DNA of 62,624 bases, filler included, from Rhabdomonas costata (GCA_019059605.1; 36 parts of 36 records of this genome joined end to end with filler, not necessarily neighbours in it), one strand, 5' to 3'. Positions 12,337 through 24,968 are shown, counted from the whole stretch's first letter. Notes: generated by a model from the sequence alone, not told the origin. A program made the numbers and translations.

Positions 12337-13569
12337 ATCGCCTCGCTGGGGAAGCTGAACCTCTCTGGGGTGGCTGGGCTATGCGACTTCTCCGGCCTGA
12401 CTGGTGGCACGGCTGGGCGGCAGCACCCCCCTGACGGCGGTGCCGCGGCCGCCGCTGCGCTACAGGAGGCCTTCGATGGCCTGGACAACGGGGGACTCCG
12501 GCAGAGGCCCGTGCAGACGCTGCACTCCCCAAAGCAGGTTTACTTCAATCTTCTCTTTCTTTCCTCCCTTCGGAAGCTGATCGACCACGAGCCCTGGCCG
12601 CAGCTCGGAGCGCACAGCGACAGAAGTGACGGTTCGCCAGGCAGCGCAAGAGGGCAATCCTGATTCAGTTATGGTAGTCAAAGCGGAGCATGTTGGCCAC
12701 GCAAGCGCCGCACGGTCCCCGCGCTGCTCACAGCCGTAAGGGCTGCCTTCGCCAGCTTGCGTATCAGGCAATGAAAAAAAACAAGGCAAGCCCCACCCGG
12801 AAAATGAGAGATTAGTCTGTAAGATTCCGAACAGAAGTCTTTGTGCCCTGTTTTAATGCCGCTGGTCTCAAAATTGGTCAAAAAAAAGTGCGAAGCCCGT
12901 AGTTGAATTTTGGCCTGGGAGGCGAAATACGGTATGAGAATGTGGTTTACGCGCCGAAGACGCGGTGATTTTTTTGGAGTGTATCTCCGGTCCTTTTCAG
13001 ACCTTTAGGAACACAGGGCAAAAGCGAAGTTTCGGCGTAAAGAGCAGGCTTTAGAAGTTGACGTTGGTGTGTTTCGGGTGCATGGCGTGCAGCTTTAACC
13101 CCAAACTTGAGGCTACACTGACAGCCCTGATTTTGTACCACTCAGCACTAAAGCCTGTGCTCAAACTCCGACAACACTCTCAGTTTACGTTGGGGCTTAC
13201 TATAGCTGCAATTCAAGGGAGACCAGAAGAGGACGCTGCAGCACCCCAACCCTACTCAATAGAAAACGGGCTCTAAAATAGATTCAAAACTTCGCACTGA
13301 GCTGTGGCACACAAAGCTCCCCCGATGCTGAGTGTCACGGCATGGTACACCCCCCACCCCCACGATATATGGGTGGTTGAGATCACATAGCTTTCATAGT
13401 TACGGCTGGAACGTTGGCGGCACAGGCGGCGGCGGCAGTGGCGAAGCTGGACCTTTCCGGAGTGGCAGGGCACTGCGACTTCGCGGGGCTGACCGGAGGG
13501 GAAGACCGAGGGGGTGGAGCTTCCGCTGCTGCGCCTGGAGGACCGCCCCGTCGGATCTCACCAGAAAAG
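12337..13569 (+). CDS. Unknown protein; two paralogous exons (12337-12537, 13426-13569), each with KL[ND]LSGVAG[LH]CDF[SA]GLTGG
   Basis: Both exons are phase 0-0 with CAG acceptors; the first donor is GT, the second probably GC. The motif is conserved in protein with synonymous DNA differences. Confidence 0.65.
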
Positions 13570-14659
13570 GCAGGCGAACCGGTGCGTTCTTCCGTTTGTG
13601 TGAGAGAGACCTTTCTCTGCCGTCATCTCATGTTTCGCTACTGAACGAGGCTTCGGTCAATTTTGAACAGCCAGGATTCACAGGGGAAGTCCTGGTTGGG
13701 GTGACCAGATTTCCCTTCACTGTCACCCTTGCTACTTGGACCTGCGTCCATGATCGCGAATATATAGTTACCCACCCACGCAAACTAACACACACACACA
13801 TTTGCCAGATGCACACCACCCCACCCCACCCACACCCAACACANNNNNNNNNNNNNNNNNNNNNNNNNNNNNNNNNNNNNNNNNNNNTTAATTAATTAAN
13901 NNNNNNNNNNNNNNNNNNNNNNNNNNNNNNNNNNNNNNNNNNNATTTTTCTCGGGAAACAAGACCGAGCACCCATTCCACACCCAACAGTTCACTGCAGA
14001 ATATAGCTGGAGATGGTACCAACCGTGTTCCGTGTAGTAGGGTAAGGTGCGGATTTTTTTGGGACCGTGCAACATCATTCAAGAAAAAGACCAGAAATGC
14101 CGCCGTGCTGCAACACCAACAGCCACGGCGTGGAACCCTGCCCTTGATGCGCTTGCTTTCGTCAGCAATTTTCCACATCACCAAGCATTACGTTACCTTC
14201 CTTGCGTTACCTTCGTTACATAGTGAGTCTGATAGTCAATAGCAAACTCACTATGCAAAAATTCTCTTGGTGTTACAGGTTCCTGACTTCTTCTGGAGAG
14301 AACGAAGCCTTCACAGGCCGGGTCTTTAAAATATACAGCATGCCTTCCAGGTTCCTGTCCCATAAAATGCCGTCCAAGTATCTGGCAACATACCACAACC
14401 TTACAGACCGCGACCGAAGGCTGCATGGCGACGGATGGAATTTGCGCGTTTCAAACTGTGTCCAGGGCTGGGAAAGGAGTGCGTGCTGCAAAATTTGCGT
14501 GGTGAGCATGTACCCCTCTCTCAGAGAGGGGTACATGCTCACCACACAACAGGTCATGGTCCACCCCCGCCCCACGGGTCCCGAGTTTTGCTCTGAACAG
14601 CGGGCTTGCTGGAAGCTTTTGGGAATTCTGATTGAATGGGGGGGGCTCCTATTTTTCAG

Positions 14660-15124
14660 AGCTGGGCGTTGAGGTAGTGAAGAAGCCCCGCCCTGTGGTA
14701 TACCACGACTCGGTGGAGGCCAAGATCGTCGAGAAGGAGGTGGAGCGCCCCAACATTATCCTGGAGCGCTCCAAAGTGGAAACGGTAGAGATTCCGGTAT
14801 GCGTGTGTGTGAATGTGTGTGTGTGGATCTGGAAACGTGCCGTGCATGTTGTTCCTACGCCGCTTTACGTTCTTAACGTGCTGGATTGTATTGTCTTCTC
14901 GATGGCGTTCTATAGTTCTATAGTTCTATAGTTCTATAGTGTATAGTATTTTCTCCTCTTCTTCTGGAAGACGTTGATTGGGAGCCACTGTCTGGGTGTG
15001 TTTTGGTTAGGTGGAAGTGGTGGATGTTCAGCACACGGTGCAGTTTGAGAATGTCACGGAGTACAAGGACCTGCCTGTCGTGGAGTACACAGCAACAGTA
15101 AAAGATGTGAAGAGGATTGTGGAG
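14660..15124 (+). CDS. Articulin/epiplasmin-like V/E/K/P-rich cortical cytoskeleton protein (exons 14660-14796, 15011-15124)
   Basis: LGVEVVKKPRPVVYHDSVEAKIVEKEVERPNIILERSKVETVEIP|VEVVDVQHTVQFENVTEYKDLPVVEYTATVKDVKRIVE; alternating Val/charged residues with xPV motifs; clean GT-AG. Confidence 0.65.
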
Positions 15125-15974
15125 GTACGTCGCTTTTTGTTCGATTGTTTGTAGAGTGGACGAATCCTTCCTGTTTCCTGCGTACTGCCAGCGTTGCATA
15201 TGATGCTTCACATTTCCGTCCTGCCTAGAACATATATGTGACAGAGTGAGAGAGCATGAGAGCCACGAGTAACAGCCACGCAGACATCGAGGAGCAAGCC
15301 TTTGGACACACTGTCAGGTGGACCCCAGACATCGCGTTCCAACCCCCGCACCCAACCCTGTCGACCGACCCACACAACAACACCGAGCCACAGCAATGCC
15401 CAAGGGTGGGCAAGGATGCGGGCAGGGATCAGAACAATGGTTCAAGACTGGCCAATTGCGAGAACGCTGAACATGGCTCGAGGAAGCAACCATACCCACG
15501 CACGGACAGGCACACCCACACCCACACTCACACGACGCTCGCATGGAGGCGAGGTGAGGGAACCGACCCCCTCCCTCTTCCCAAAANNNNNNNNNNNNNN
15601 NNNNNNNNNNNNNNNNNNNNNNNNNNNNNNTTAATTAATTAANNNNNNNNNNNNNNNNNNNNNNNNNNNNNNNNNNNNNNNNNNNNTGTGTTGGGCGTGG
15701 CCGGTCCTTGGGGATTTCTGATCTTTTCCCTCTTTGCCGGTTGTGGAGAGAAGAGGAGAGGAGAGCAGATGCCTCTTTCTTGTGCGATAATTTGATCTCC
15801 CCGCTCTCCATTTTGTGAGTGAGTGCGAGGACTGCAATGAAATTTGTTTTGTTTATAAACCCGCCGGAGTTCCTAAGCTACTCTTGGCGAGGTGCAGCCT
15901 GATCATTGGGTCTTTGCAAATGCCACTCTCAATCACAGTCAACTTACATCGGCGCTGCCAAAAAAAAGGGCCAG

Positions 15975-17060
15975 ACTGAGGTCATGCAATGGCTGAGCCG
16001 GCGCGTGGCCTCTGTGGTGGTGCGGGAGGGCGGGGTGCCCGCGGAGCAGCTGCGGTGTCTCAACCGTGACGAGGTTGTGATGCAGTGCGCTCCAAACGGG
16101 TGGGCGGCGGAGCTCAGCAGGTCCCCCCGCCCTCCCTGTCAACCCCAACACGAAACCGAAGGACGGTGTACCCTCTCCCCCACTAGTAGTGCAGCCTTCC
16201 TCTTGTCCTCTCAAAGTCTCTCGCCCCTGCTTTTCATCCCGGCCCTCCTTTTTTTCACGACCCCACTGTACTCTTGTGCTTTTGTGCCAATGCCGCCGCC
16301 ACAAGTGCAATTATTTGCTAAGCTATCGCATAATTTCTCTATGAAAACTGTCGTGCCACCAGTGACCTTTGATCCCCCGGTGTACCCGCAACCCACAACC
16401 GCACCAGCGGGATGTTGAAGGCTGACACCCCAACGACAGGGTGAACCAGGGACGCGTGCCCTCCTGCCTTCGGCTCTCAGGTTGTGCGCGGTGCTGACTG
16501 GTGCGCTTCCCCCGGGGGTGGGGGAGTTCCTTCGCGTGGAAGTCTTCCATGTACTGCACCTCGAGCCGCACCCGTACTACGCCAAAGAGGTCCTCAAAAT
16601 GCGAGGCCGCATACACACAAACAGACAAACACACACACATGCACACACACACGTGCTGTAGTATCAGGGGTCCGTGTCCATTTGGAATCGCCCTTCTTTC
16701 TCTATTGCCTTGCCGCTGCACATGCCACCCCTGTAAAACTTGAACTGGTGCTTGCGGAAATATGAACTTTTGAATTTTTCCCAGAAAAAAATATCAGTCG
16801 AGGTGCCTTGAACATTAAGTCTGTGTATGTTTGCGTGTGTTTGCGTACTTGCGTGCGTGCTTGCGTGCGTGCTTGCGTGTTGTGATTCTGATGCCCCTGC
16901 CTCTGATGAAAGGCAGTGAACTGTTCTTTGAACCGCTTTTTGGGCTGTCCAGGTGTACTACAACGCCTTTGTCAGCGAAGTGGGCAAAGCTCCGCCCGTG
17001 GAGACCTCTGCCATTCTGAAGGTGGCACTCAAGAACGTCCCCGTGTGTCACTTTGCTCAG
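15975..17060 (+). CDS. Hypothetical protein, three internal exons (15975-16120, 16481-16589, 16953-17060)
   Basis: Phase-consistent GT-AG joins: TEVMQWLSRRVASV...AAELSR|LCAVLTGALPPGVGEFLRVEVFHVLHLEPHPYYAKE|VYYNAFVSEVGKAPP...CHFAQ; family not recognised. Confidence 0.55.
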
Positions 17061-20000
17061 GTTTGCCCCTTCCCGGCCTCAACTTGAACGCTTGAACGAA
17101 GTGAATGCAATTGATGTTGGGTTAACTTGGAAAAGGTTGGGTTTATACTGATTTCAGTACCCGCAAAATGGTTTTTAGTGTAGGGGAGTTTGGTAACCTG
17201 CGGCTGTGTTCCCTAAGTGTGAATTTTTGGTTTGCATGCCAAACTACTGAGAAGGACTGGCCTATGGCTGGGATATGGGTGGCTGAGTGGGACAGCATTT
17301 GTTTTGGGAGCGAATGCTGTCCCACCCCCNNNNNNNNNNNNNNNNNNNNNNNNNNNNNNNNNNNNNNNNNNNNTTAATTAATTAANNNNNNNNNNNNNNN
17401 NNNNNNNNNNNNNNNNNNNNNNNNNNNNNGTGTTGTGTGCAGTGGGCAGATGATGGGCGACAGCCTCCTCCACCTCGACGCTGTCGCCCATCATCTGCCC
17501 ACTGCACGCAAGGAAACAAAGATTCCCGGGACAACAAACCCGGAAGGCAGACGACAACCGCAAAGGAAAGTCTGAAAGAGCAGCAAGACACGATCAGCCG
17601 AGAAACGTTGCGCGAGTCGGGAAACTAGCGGAAGAAATTCGGCACCCAGACCAACGAAGAATAAGAACAATGCGGAACAACCGCGGCGGTCCGACACATA
17701 GGGGAGTGGTAAAAAGCAATGTCCAACAGTTCAACGTTGCTACGGTGTTTTTGCATTGCGGTACCTTTCCTCGGTATTTCAGTGAGTTATTGGTGACATT
17801 GCCCGGAAAGGGAGATGGACGGCTCCCAGAAGACTTAAATGTTCCTCCACCCACTCCATTCGCTGACGCTCATTCCATGACAGATGCTTGATACCCCACT
17901 CGCTGATGACTCGTGGGTCCCAAGATTAGTGCTGTCGATAACAAAACGTGTCAAACTGCGCGTTCACATCCGCCAAATCCCAAAAAACCAGCCCCCCCCC
18001 CCCCCCCAGCCTCCTGTGTCCGTGTGAGACCAACACAGAAGGACGTGTTGAAAAGCAAGTGAGACATACGACGCGAGCTTCACTCGGTTGGCCACGGCTC
18101 CCACGACATCCGCGGGTTGGCCCTTCACAGCAAACAAGGAAAAGTAACAGACGTGCTGAGGGGTGGGGAACTTCGCTCTGGGCATTCGTGTTACACTACA
18201 ATGGCTTCGTTCTAAGTACGCATAGGCGGTGGTGAGCGGGAGGGGGAAGATGCGCTGACACGAAAAGAAAAATAAGACACAGGCCGGGTCACGGCCGGGC
18301 AGGACTCACCCATCCTGCACACACATCCTGCCCCACAATACTGCGGAGTGTGTGCTTGCGCGTTGTGGTGTATTATGCAATGCTTGCCTGCTCAGCTGCA
18401 TTGGAGGGAAGCCGAAGGACGACTCATCACATCGGGTTGGTTGGAGATCCTTCGTGGCATGGGACCTGTCTATGCGTCCATGCGGGAGAAGGGGGAGAGG
18501 TGACAGTGAAGGGAGGTGCAGTTCCTGCTTTGCCCGCCACACACACACACACCGGCTTCGTACCCACCAGCAGGGTGACGCCAGCTCGGCACAGGGCAAG
18601 CTCCACCTTCAAAGAGGGGTCGGGTTTCGCCTGCGACGGTATAACACAGGAATGATTAACGGGAAGGAGAGAGAATGCAAACGAACTAAACCGGAATGGG
18701 AACATAACCTTTCGGGACCAAAACTGAACAATTCGACTCTAAAAAGTCGTTTGGACGAGGCGAGATGGTGGCCTGATGGGAAGGGGGGGGCGTTTGATAA
18801 CTGTCACCTCCCAAAGTCAAGAGCATGGGCACGGAGTGGGCAGGGAGTGGCATTTGGAGGCAATGCTGTGACCCTCCACAAGGGTCACTCAACATCCATT
18901 GCCAAGATTGCCACGGAAACAGTCATTAAAAGGGGGTGCAGTACATTTGGACGCGCCCCCTTCTCCGTTTGCAAACCCCCGCGCAGCGATCACTGCTCAA
19001 AAGTGCTGACATAATTCCTCGAGCACCTTTGAATCTTGGGGACAAGTATGGCCCCCTTACTCCCCACAAAACNNNNNNNNNNNNNNNNNNNNNNNNNNNN
19101 NNNNNNNNNNNNNNNNTTAATTAATTAANNNNNNNNNNNNNNNNNNNNNNNNNNNNNNNNNNNNNNNNNNNNTGAGGAGGCCATATGTGGGATTGTAATA
19201 GAAGATGTGGCAGGGGGTTAGGAGGCGACAGTATCAGCATAAACAAGGGTTACCAGGATGCAGGCCCGACGAAGACGCATCACCGCCCTACTACAACCAA
19301 GCACCATAATTCCTAGTACCCACATGGAAATGGTTTGTCCCGTAAACTGCCCTGGCGTTCAGGGTGATCGGAGAGCGACTAAGTGATTAAAGACACCGGT
19401 ACGGCATTTTCACCTCCCATAAAGGAAGGAAAACCTACACCCGTGGCTTTACCATCAACGGGACACTCACAGACACTCGCCAACCTCAAAGTAAAAAAAC
19501 ACAAATGCAAGCTCTGCCAAAAAGACGATTGGGAGGAAAAACTAAAAGGGGGAGAAGAAGAAAATACCCTCGACACAGCCGCAAAAAAAACCAACATCTC
19601 CACAGCGCCGGGAAGGGTCACTTTCCTGCATCTTATGCAACTCAGAGAGCAGGAGAAAGGATCCAGGATCTGTCATCCAGCCATTCTGAGCTGCCTTGCA
19701 GGAGCCTTACTGTGGTAATATCCCAACGCCGTGAAAGCTCGAACGTCCAGCAGTCCAACAGTTGACCATAAGGCATGGATCGGTGCGGGAGGGTGTGCGG
19801 AAGGCCCCAAAGAGAATGAACCATAAGTAAAGCTTTAAGTGTGAGACTCATTCGACCCCTGCACAACTGAATCAAAAGCTGCGCCTACCCAAGGTACCCA
19901 GAAGGATAAAAAGGACACTGCAGCCGTGGCGAAGAGTAAGCCAGCCAATCGTCCCCATCCCAGGTGCTTGATGAGACACAAGCCACGGGAGAGCCCTGGA

Positions 20001-20239
20001 CCACTGTTCGACTCTTCTTCACCCTTTCCCAACGCGTATGCACAAAGGGCACGAAGTGTCGCGGTCGCTTCTATCCAGACAATATTTACACCAACAACAA
20101 ACGGAAGAGGATGGAAAAGAATAAAGCACTTGAAGCACAGTCATTACAGTGACCTACACAACTGAAAAGGTGGTAAAAGGGTAATCCTAGCTGCCGGGCT
20201 GTCGGCCAGCCGTCAGAACACACTGGACTTCAGACCCAC

Positions 20240-20805
20240 CTCGGCGCAGCACGAGCATCATCTGCTCCCCAGGAGTGACCTGTGTGCCACCCAACCGTAC
20301 ATAACCCTACCACGCACACACCCAATGAGTGCACGTGCCACTGTGCTGCTGAGGCCTTTCCGCTCCCAGCAAGCTTTCAAATTATCTATTTTGATGTTGG
20401 CCCTGTTCTCTTGGGGGGCGTTTAGATAGCTCTATTTGGGATCCAGTTTTCAGCGGTTGCACACCTTGCACCATTATGTCTTGGTGAGCCTCGCTACCGT
20501 GTGCCGAGGCGCTGTTTCAGCTTGTTCGCCTCTTCAGAGGCCCATTCACAGCACTGGCACAAGGCGGGCTGCACCACACCCACCATAGTATGGGTGCGTG
20601 CTGTCTTGTCATCGCCTTTTGTCACGTTCCTTTGAATCATCTGGAAGATGATTCAGAAGAACTCTAACACGCACATGTACAAAGGAATATTCGAACACAC
20701 CGTGGGCAGCAGGTGGGCCAGGTCGGCGCGGCCCCTCACATCCAGCGCACGGGTGACGTTGGTGAGCACGTCGCCGACGCGGATCCCCGCACCGGCAGCC
20801 AGCCC
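20240..20805 (-). CDS. PDZ-domain fragment (exons ~20805-20701, 20279-20240)
   Basis: AAGAGIRVGDVLTNVTRALDVRGRADLAHLLPT|VTPGEQMMLVLRR matches AxxAGIxxGDV...PGxxxxLxxxR of protease-type PDZ domains. Confidence 0.65.
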
Positions 20806-21702
20806 AAAAACCCCCNNNNNNNNNNNNNNNNNNNNNNNNNNNNNNNNNNNNNNNNNNNNTTAATTAATTAANNNNNNNNNNNNNNNNNNNNNNNNNNNNN
20901 NNNNNNNNNNNNNNNGGGGGGGGGGGTTTCGTGAGAAATCTCTCTTCCGGAGGGCTTGCTTGAATGGAACGTGCTGAACTTTTTGGATGAGTGGTTCGTG
21001 TGAGGCTGTCTGACGCGCACTTCGACGCACAGCAGCACATCCACACGATGCTGCATTTCATCGCTCCTTTTTCAGGGTCTATATAAAGAAGGGGAAATCC
21101 TTGCGGGAGCTGGCACCACGACACCCCTTTCTTGTGAACGACTACGAAGGTGTGCTTGGAGTTAGCGTGGCACGTTGAAGCACGAAGTGAATCGCAACTT
21201 GTGAAATATATTCGCCTTTTTCTTCATCACTGATCCTCCACGACCGGCTTCTCTCCGATTTATGGAGCACTCCGATGAAAAACCTCCCCAGGCAACCTCC
21301 CGCCTCAACCACCATTCAATCAATTTCAAGACAATTCCAAGGCAATTGTCTGGAGAACACATGCCTTATGCCTGAGCTCCAGCCTGCTGGTTCAATTGTT
21401 GTCCGATCAACCTGCACCCCTGCCATTGTCTTATCATCCAGCCGCCATCCATTCCGCATATGCGCGCACGCAAACATACCTCCCACCACTCTCCCCTTCC
21501 CTTTTGATTAGTTGGTTCTTTTTCTTTCTTTCTTTCTTTCTCTCTCTCTCTCTCTCTTCTTCTTTTTTGCGAGTGCATCCAGCTGAATCGGACAGGTTTT
21601 GTGTGGGAAGCCTGCCGCGGAAATTCCACAGGGCATCCTTTGACTCACCCCTGCATCCCTCATATGTCCTTGAGCCCGTACCCCTCCGTTTCCGCGGCAC
21701 AG

Positions 21703-21908
21703 CACTGGGGACCTTCGCGTTCTGGAAGATGCGGGGAGCCTTCTCGTGGAGTCAGCGGTGCGCGATGTTCCCGAGCTGCGAGCTGAGGTCCTGGAACGGC
21801 CTGCAGGGCACCCACCGCGCCTTCTATGAGTGCGTGCTGTTCCGTCAGAGGCCTCTCGCAGAGTGTCTCCACGGCCGCCCCACGCCATGCGTTCGGCTGT
21901 ACAAGTAA
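21703..21908 (+). CDS. Terminal exon of a hypothetical Cys-containing protein
   Basis: CAG acceptor, GC3-rich LGTFAFWKMRGAFSWSQRCAMFPSCELRSWNG...CVRLYK then TAA. Confidence 0.45.
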
Positions 21909-23361
21909 TGGGAGGCAATTTCGTTGGCTGAGATCGGGCTGATGGGCGGTTGCTCCAGCCGAAGAGATTCCGCCCTCCATGGGTGTGTCGCACTCTTTCC
22001 GACAGAAGTTCTGAACAAGTACTTTTCCCCGAAGAGAAGAGTCACCACAAGCACCACTCCGGTGGTGGCTTTCCAAGAACCATTCACATGCTTCCATCCG
22101 ATGGTGTGCCCTCGGTTGAAGGCTCCTCAAGAGTTGCTGGGGGTCACAACCTGATGGCTACAAAGCTGTTGCCAAGAGAATGAGTTTTCGCTGAAGCGCT
22201 GGCTTCAACTGCTACCGGTATCAAGCGCTTTGTTATCTGCCACATACACATGTGCAGAAGCTGAGGTTGAAAGGGTGCAAACTGCCAGTACTGGGCGAGA
22301 TGGTGCAAGCAGACCTGTGCTTTCTTGTGCACCTGGTTGCATTGTGCTTGCAACTGTACTTACTTTGACGTCCTTTCTGCGCTTGGACGGTGGATGCAGG
22401 GTTTTGTACCCACGTCTTGTTGCGTTGTCATGATTTCTGCGGTCTTATCACCGTTCTGTTCAGGCAATGAAGGGCAGCGAATGGTTTCTTTTGTGTGCTT
22501 CCGCGGGTACGTGAATTTTCAGTGCCCTTTAACGCATCTTGAACTTGACCTTCCCAAANNNNNNNNNNNNNNNNNNNNNNNNNNNNNNNNNNNNNNNNNN
22601 NNTTAATTAATTAANNNNNNNNNNNNNNNNNNNNNNNNNNNNNNNNNNNNNNNNNNNNTGTTGGGTTTCTTCGGAAGATCGCGGAAAGATCCCTGAAAGT
22701 CATTAACCCTTCTTTGACGTGTTCCCCTTGGGTACTGATTGTCTTGATATTCTCCGCAGTGCATTTTTGGTCGCCCCTTTTTTTTTAAATTCTATAGAGT
22801 ACCTCGAGTACCTCGAGGGAAGGCAAAGCGGAGGCTTTATTCAAAGCCGAAGCAGTGTTGTGGGATAGAGTTCAGGTGAGGCGGAAACGCAGAGAAAATG
22901 TCACTGGGTGGGAAGTTCAACAAGTACGGCACTGCACCCCCCAACCTTACAGACCAGCACTGCCAGCAGGCATGAGGGGTACCGCTTTGAGTCTAATTCT
23001 AACCCGATTTCATCCTCACCCATACGTTTTTGGTGGTATATGATTGATTTGTTCAACATGTGCCTTAACCTTGGGTGTGTTCGATGTGGTTGTGTTCGAA
23101 TTGGTTTTAACGCGTGTGTGAGTTGGAGCCGTGCGCGCGTCTCATACATCGGTGAAGACGTGACATGCTACGTGAGGTGTCTGTTTGAAACGGATCAAGT
23201 TGCGACACGGTGCGAAGGTGTCCCAAACTCTACGTCATATATAAAGTTCTTGAGCTATCTGAGACCCTCAGAGGCGCTTGGGCTTCAGATGTGAGATTGT
23301 GGTTTCAATTGAAGAAACAAAAGGTACATGTCGTATTCACTTTCGTGTTCTGCATGTGCAG

Positions 23362-23487
23362 TGCCTGGATGAGCTGCAGCAACGGGTTAAGGACTTGCTC
23401 CCCGTCAGCAGCCACGACAGTAACGCGATCAGCGATGAGGACGCCCTGATCAAGTTCCTGGTTGCCCGTCGCTACGATGTCGTGAAG
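23362..23487 (+). CDS. Sec14/CRAL-TRIO N-terminal domain exon
   Basis: CLDELQQRVKDLL...DEDALIKFLVARRYDVVK|GT matches the DxxLxxFLxARxxDVxK signature. Confidence 0.75.
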
Positions 23488-24401
23488 GTTCACCCACCCC
23501 TACAACCCGTCCCCGCTGTCCGTGGCAGGAAAGCGTTGGCCCTCTCCAGGAAGTGGGTGCGCGCGTGTGCAGGGAAAAGCTCGCTCGCCGATCCAATTTG
23601 CCTGCAAACGGGGCCCCAGTGGGTCGTTCTCTGTTTACTGGTTTTCGAACAATAGGAGCGCCACACATCCTCATGAATTTCCACAGCACTAATTCGAAGG
23701 CCGATATACGTGATATGCTGGATGCACGTCTTCCCATAGGTTGGCGTCTTGGGAGGAGTTTTCCGTTTTATTTTCTAGTGTCTTGAACTTGAGTATCTCT
23801 CTTCTCTGATGGAATGTGTTTTAGCTGCCGTTCATGTCGCACTGCGTTTTGGATTTAGGCTGAAGAAATGGTGCGGCACTCCGTGCAGTGGAGGAAGGAA
23901 TTCGGCTGTGAGAAAATCTTCACCGAGACCTTCGATCCCGCCTTTCCCACCAAGTACGTGGGTGCGAGATCCCGATAAGTTAGGTGGCCTGTGATTTTTT
24001 ATGAATGGTCCATGGTTTCTATGGTGATCCATTGTGTGTTCCTCATGCATGTCCTATTTTGGTGGTGGCTCCACCAAGAGTGCATGGGAGGTTCTTCCCA
24101 TTCAAGACAATTCCCTTGCCAAGCTTGCTTCCCTTCCCTTCACAGCTCTTGAAGTGACAGGACGTCAAGAGTGTGCTTCGGTTCTTTTTGGCGGTTCGGG
24201 TTCAGCCTAAGGCTCGTGCGTTCTTTCCCCGTTGGGGATTTCGCCCCCCTCCAAGCTCACTCCCTCCACCGGTGGAGAACCATCTCCACCACCCCACAAA
24301 ANNNNNNNNNNNNNNNNNNNNNNNNNNNNNNNNNNNNNNNNNNNNTTAATTAATTAANNNNNNNNNNNNNNNNNNNNNNNNNNNNNNNNNNNNNNNNNNN
24401 N

Positions 24402-24968
24402 CAATGTAGCCCCCAGGGCAGGAGTAGTTGTCGCAGGTTGGGTTCGCTGTACGAGCAAAATAATGGAAGGAAGCCCACCAAGTCGAATGACCCCTTGCGC
24501 CTTCAGTTTTCTGGAGCTTTACTCAAACAATTACCTATTTTTTTCTCGATGCACCAATATTCATGAACGGGGGGGGGGGGCGATGAATCAACGAGCAAAC
24601 CCACCGCTCCAGAAAATCAACCTGCCATGGCCATATTACCGCATTACCGCAGTCCGTAAAGTACATACATCCCACCATCTTACCACGGCACCATGGGAGG
24701 GGGGGGGAGGTGCGCCACAAAATGAATACGCAGGCGACTCCGTCGGAGGAATGCCAAATTACTTGCTCAACAGAACTTTTTCCTGCGGGGTAAGGGAACC
24801 CCCCGCACACGGAGAACGGGCGTGTGATACACATTCCCATGGGCCGAACACTCAGGCAGGTACCAGTGCAGCAATCGGTGCGGGCACAGTTGAGGGAGGA
24901 ACAGGTGGTGGTGGCGGCTTTCGCAGTGTAGCCCCCGGGGCAGGCGTAGCTGTTGCACTTCGGATTGG
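24402..24968 (-). CDS. Cysteine-rich repeat (probably surface/extracellular) protein, one repeat per exon (24968-24864; 24446-24402, truncated)
   Basis: NPKCNSYACPGGYTAKAATTTCSSLNCARTDCCT and NPTCDNYSCPGGYI...; the complete exon is a symmetric phase 1-1 exon of 105 nt. Confidence 0.7.

Noticed and set aside
12201-12682. Perfect 60-bp inverted repeats (12201-12260 and 12623-12682) looking like TIRs that captured an exon
   Set aside because: The left arm begins at the first base of the contig and is 100% identical; template switching is simpler than a Pack-type transposon, though reads should confirm.
17437-17507. Perfect 28-bp hairpin
   Set aside because: At the contig start directly after a G/T tail; fold-back artefact.
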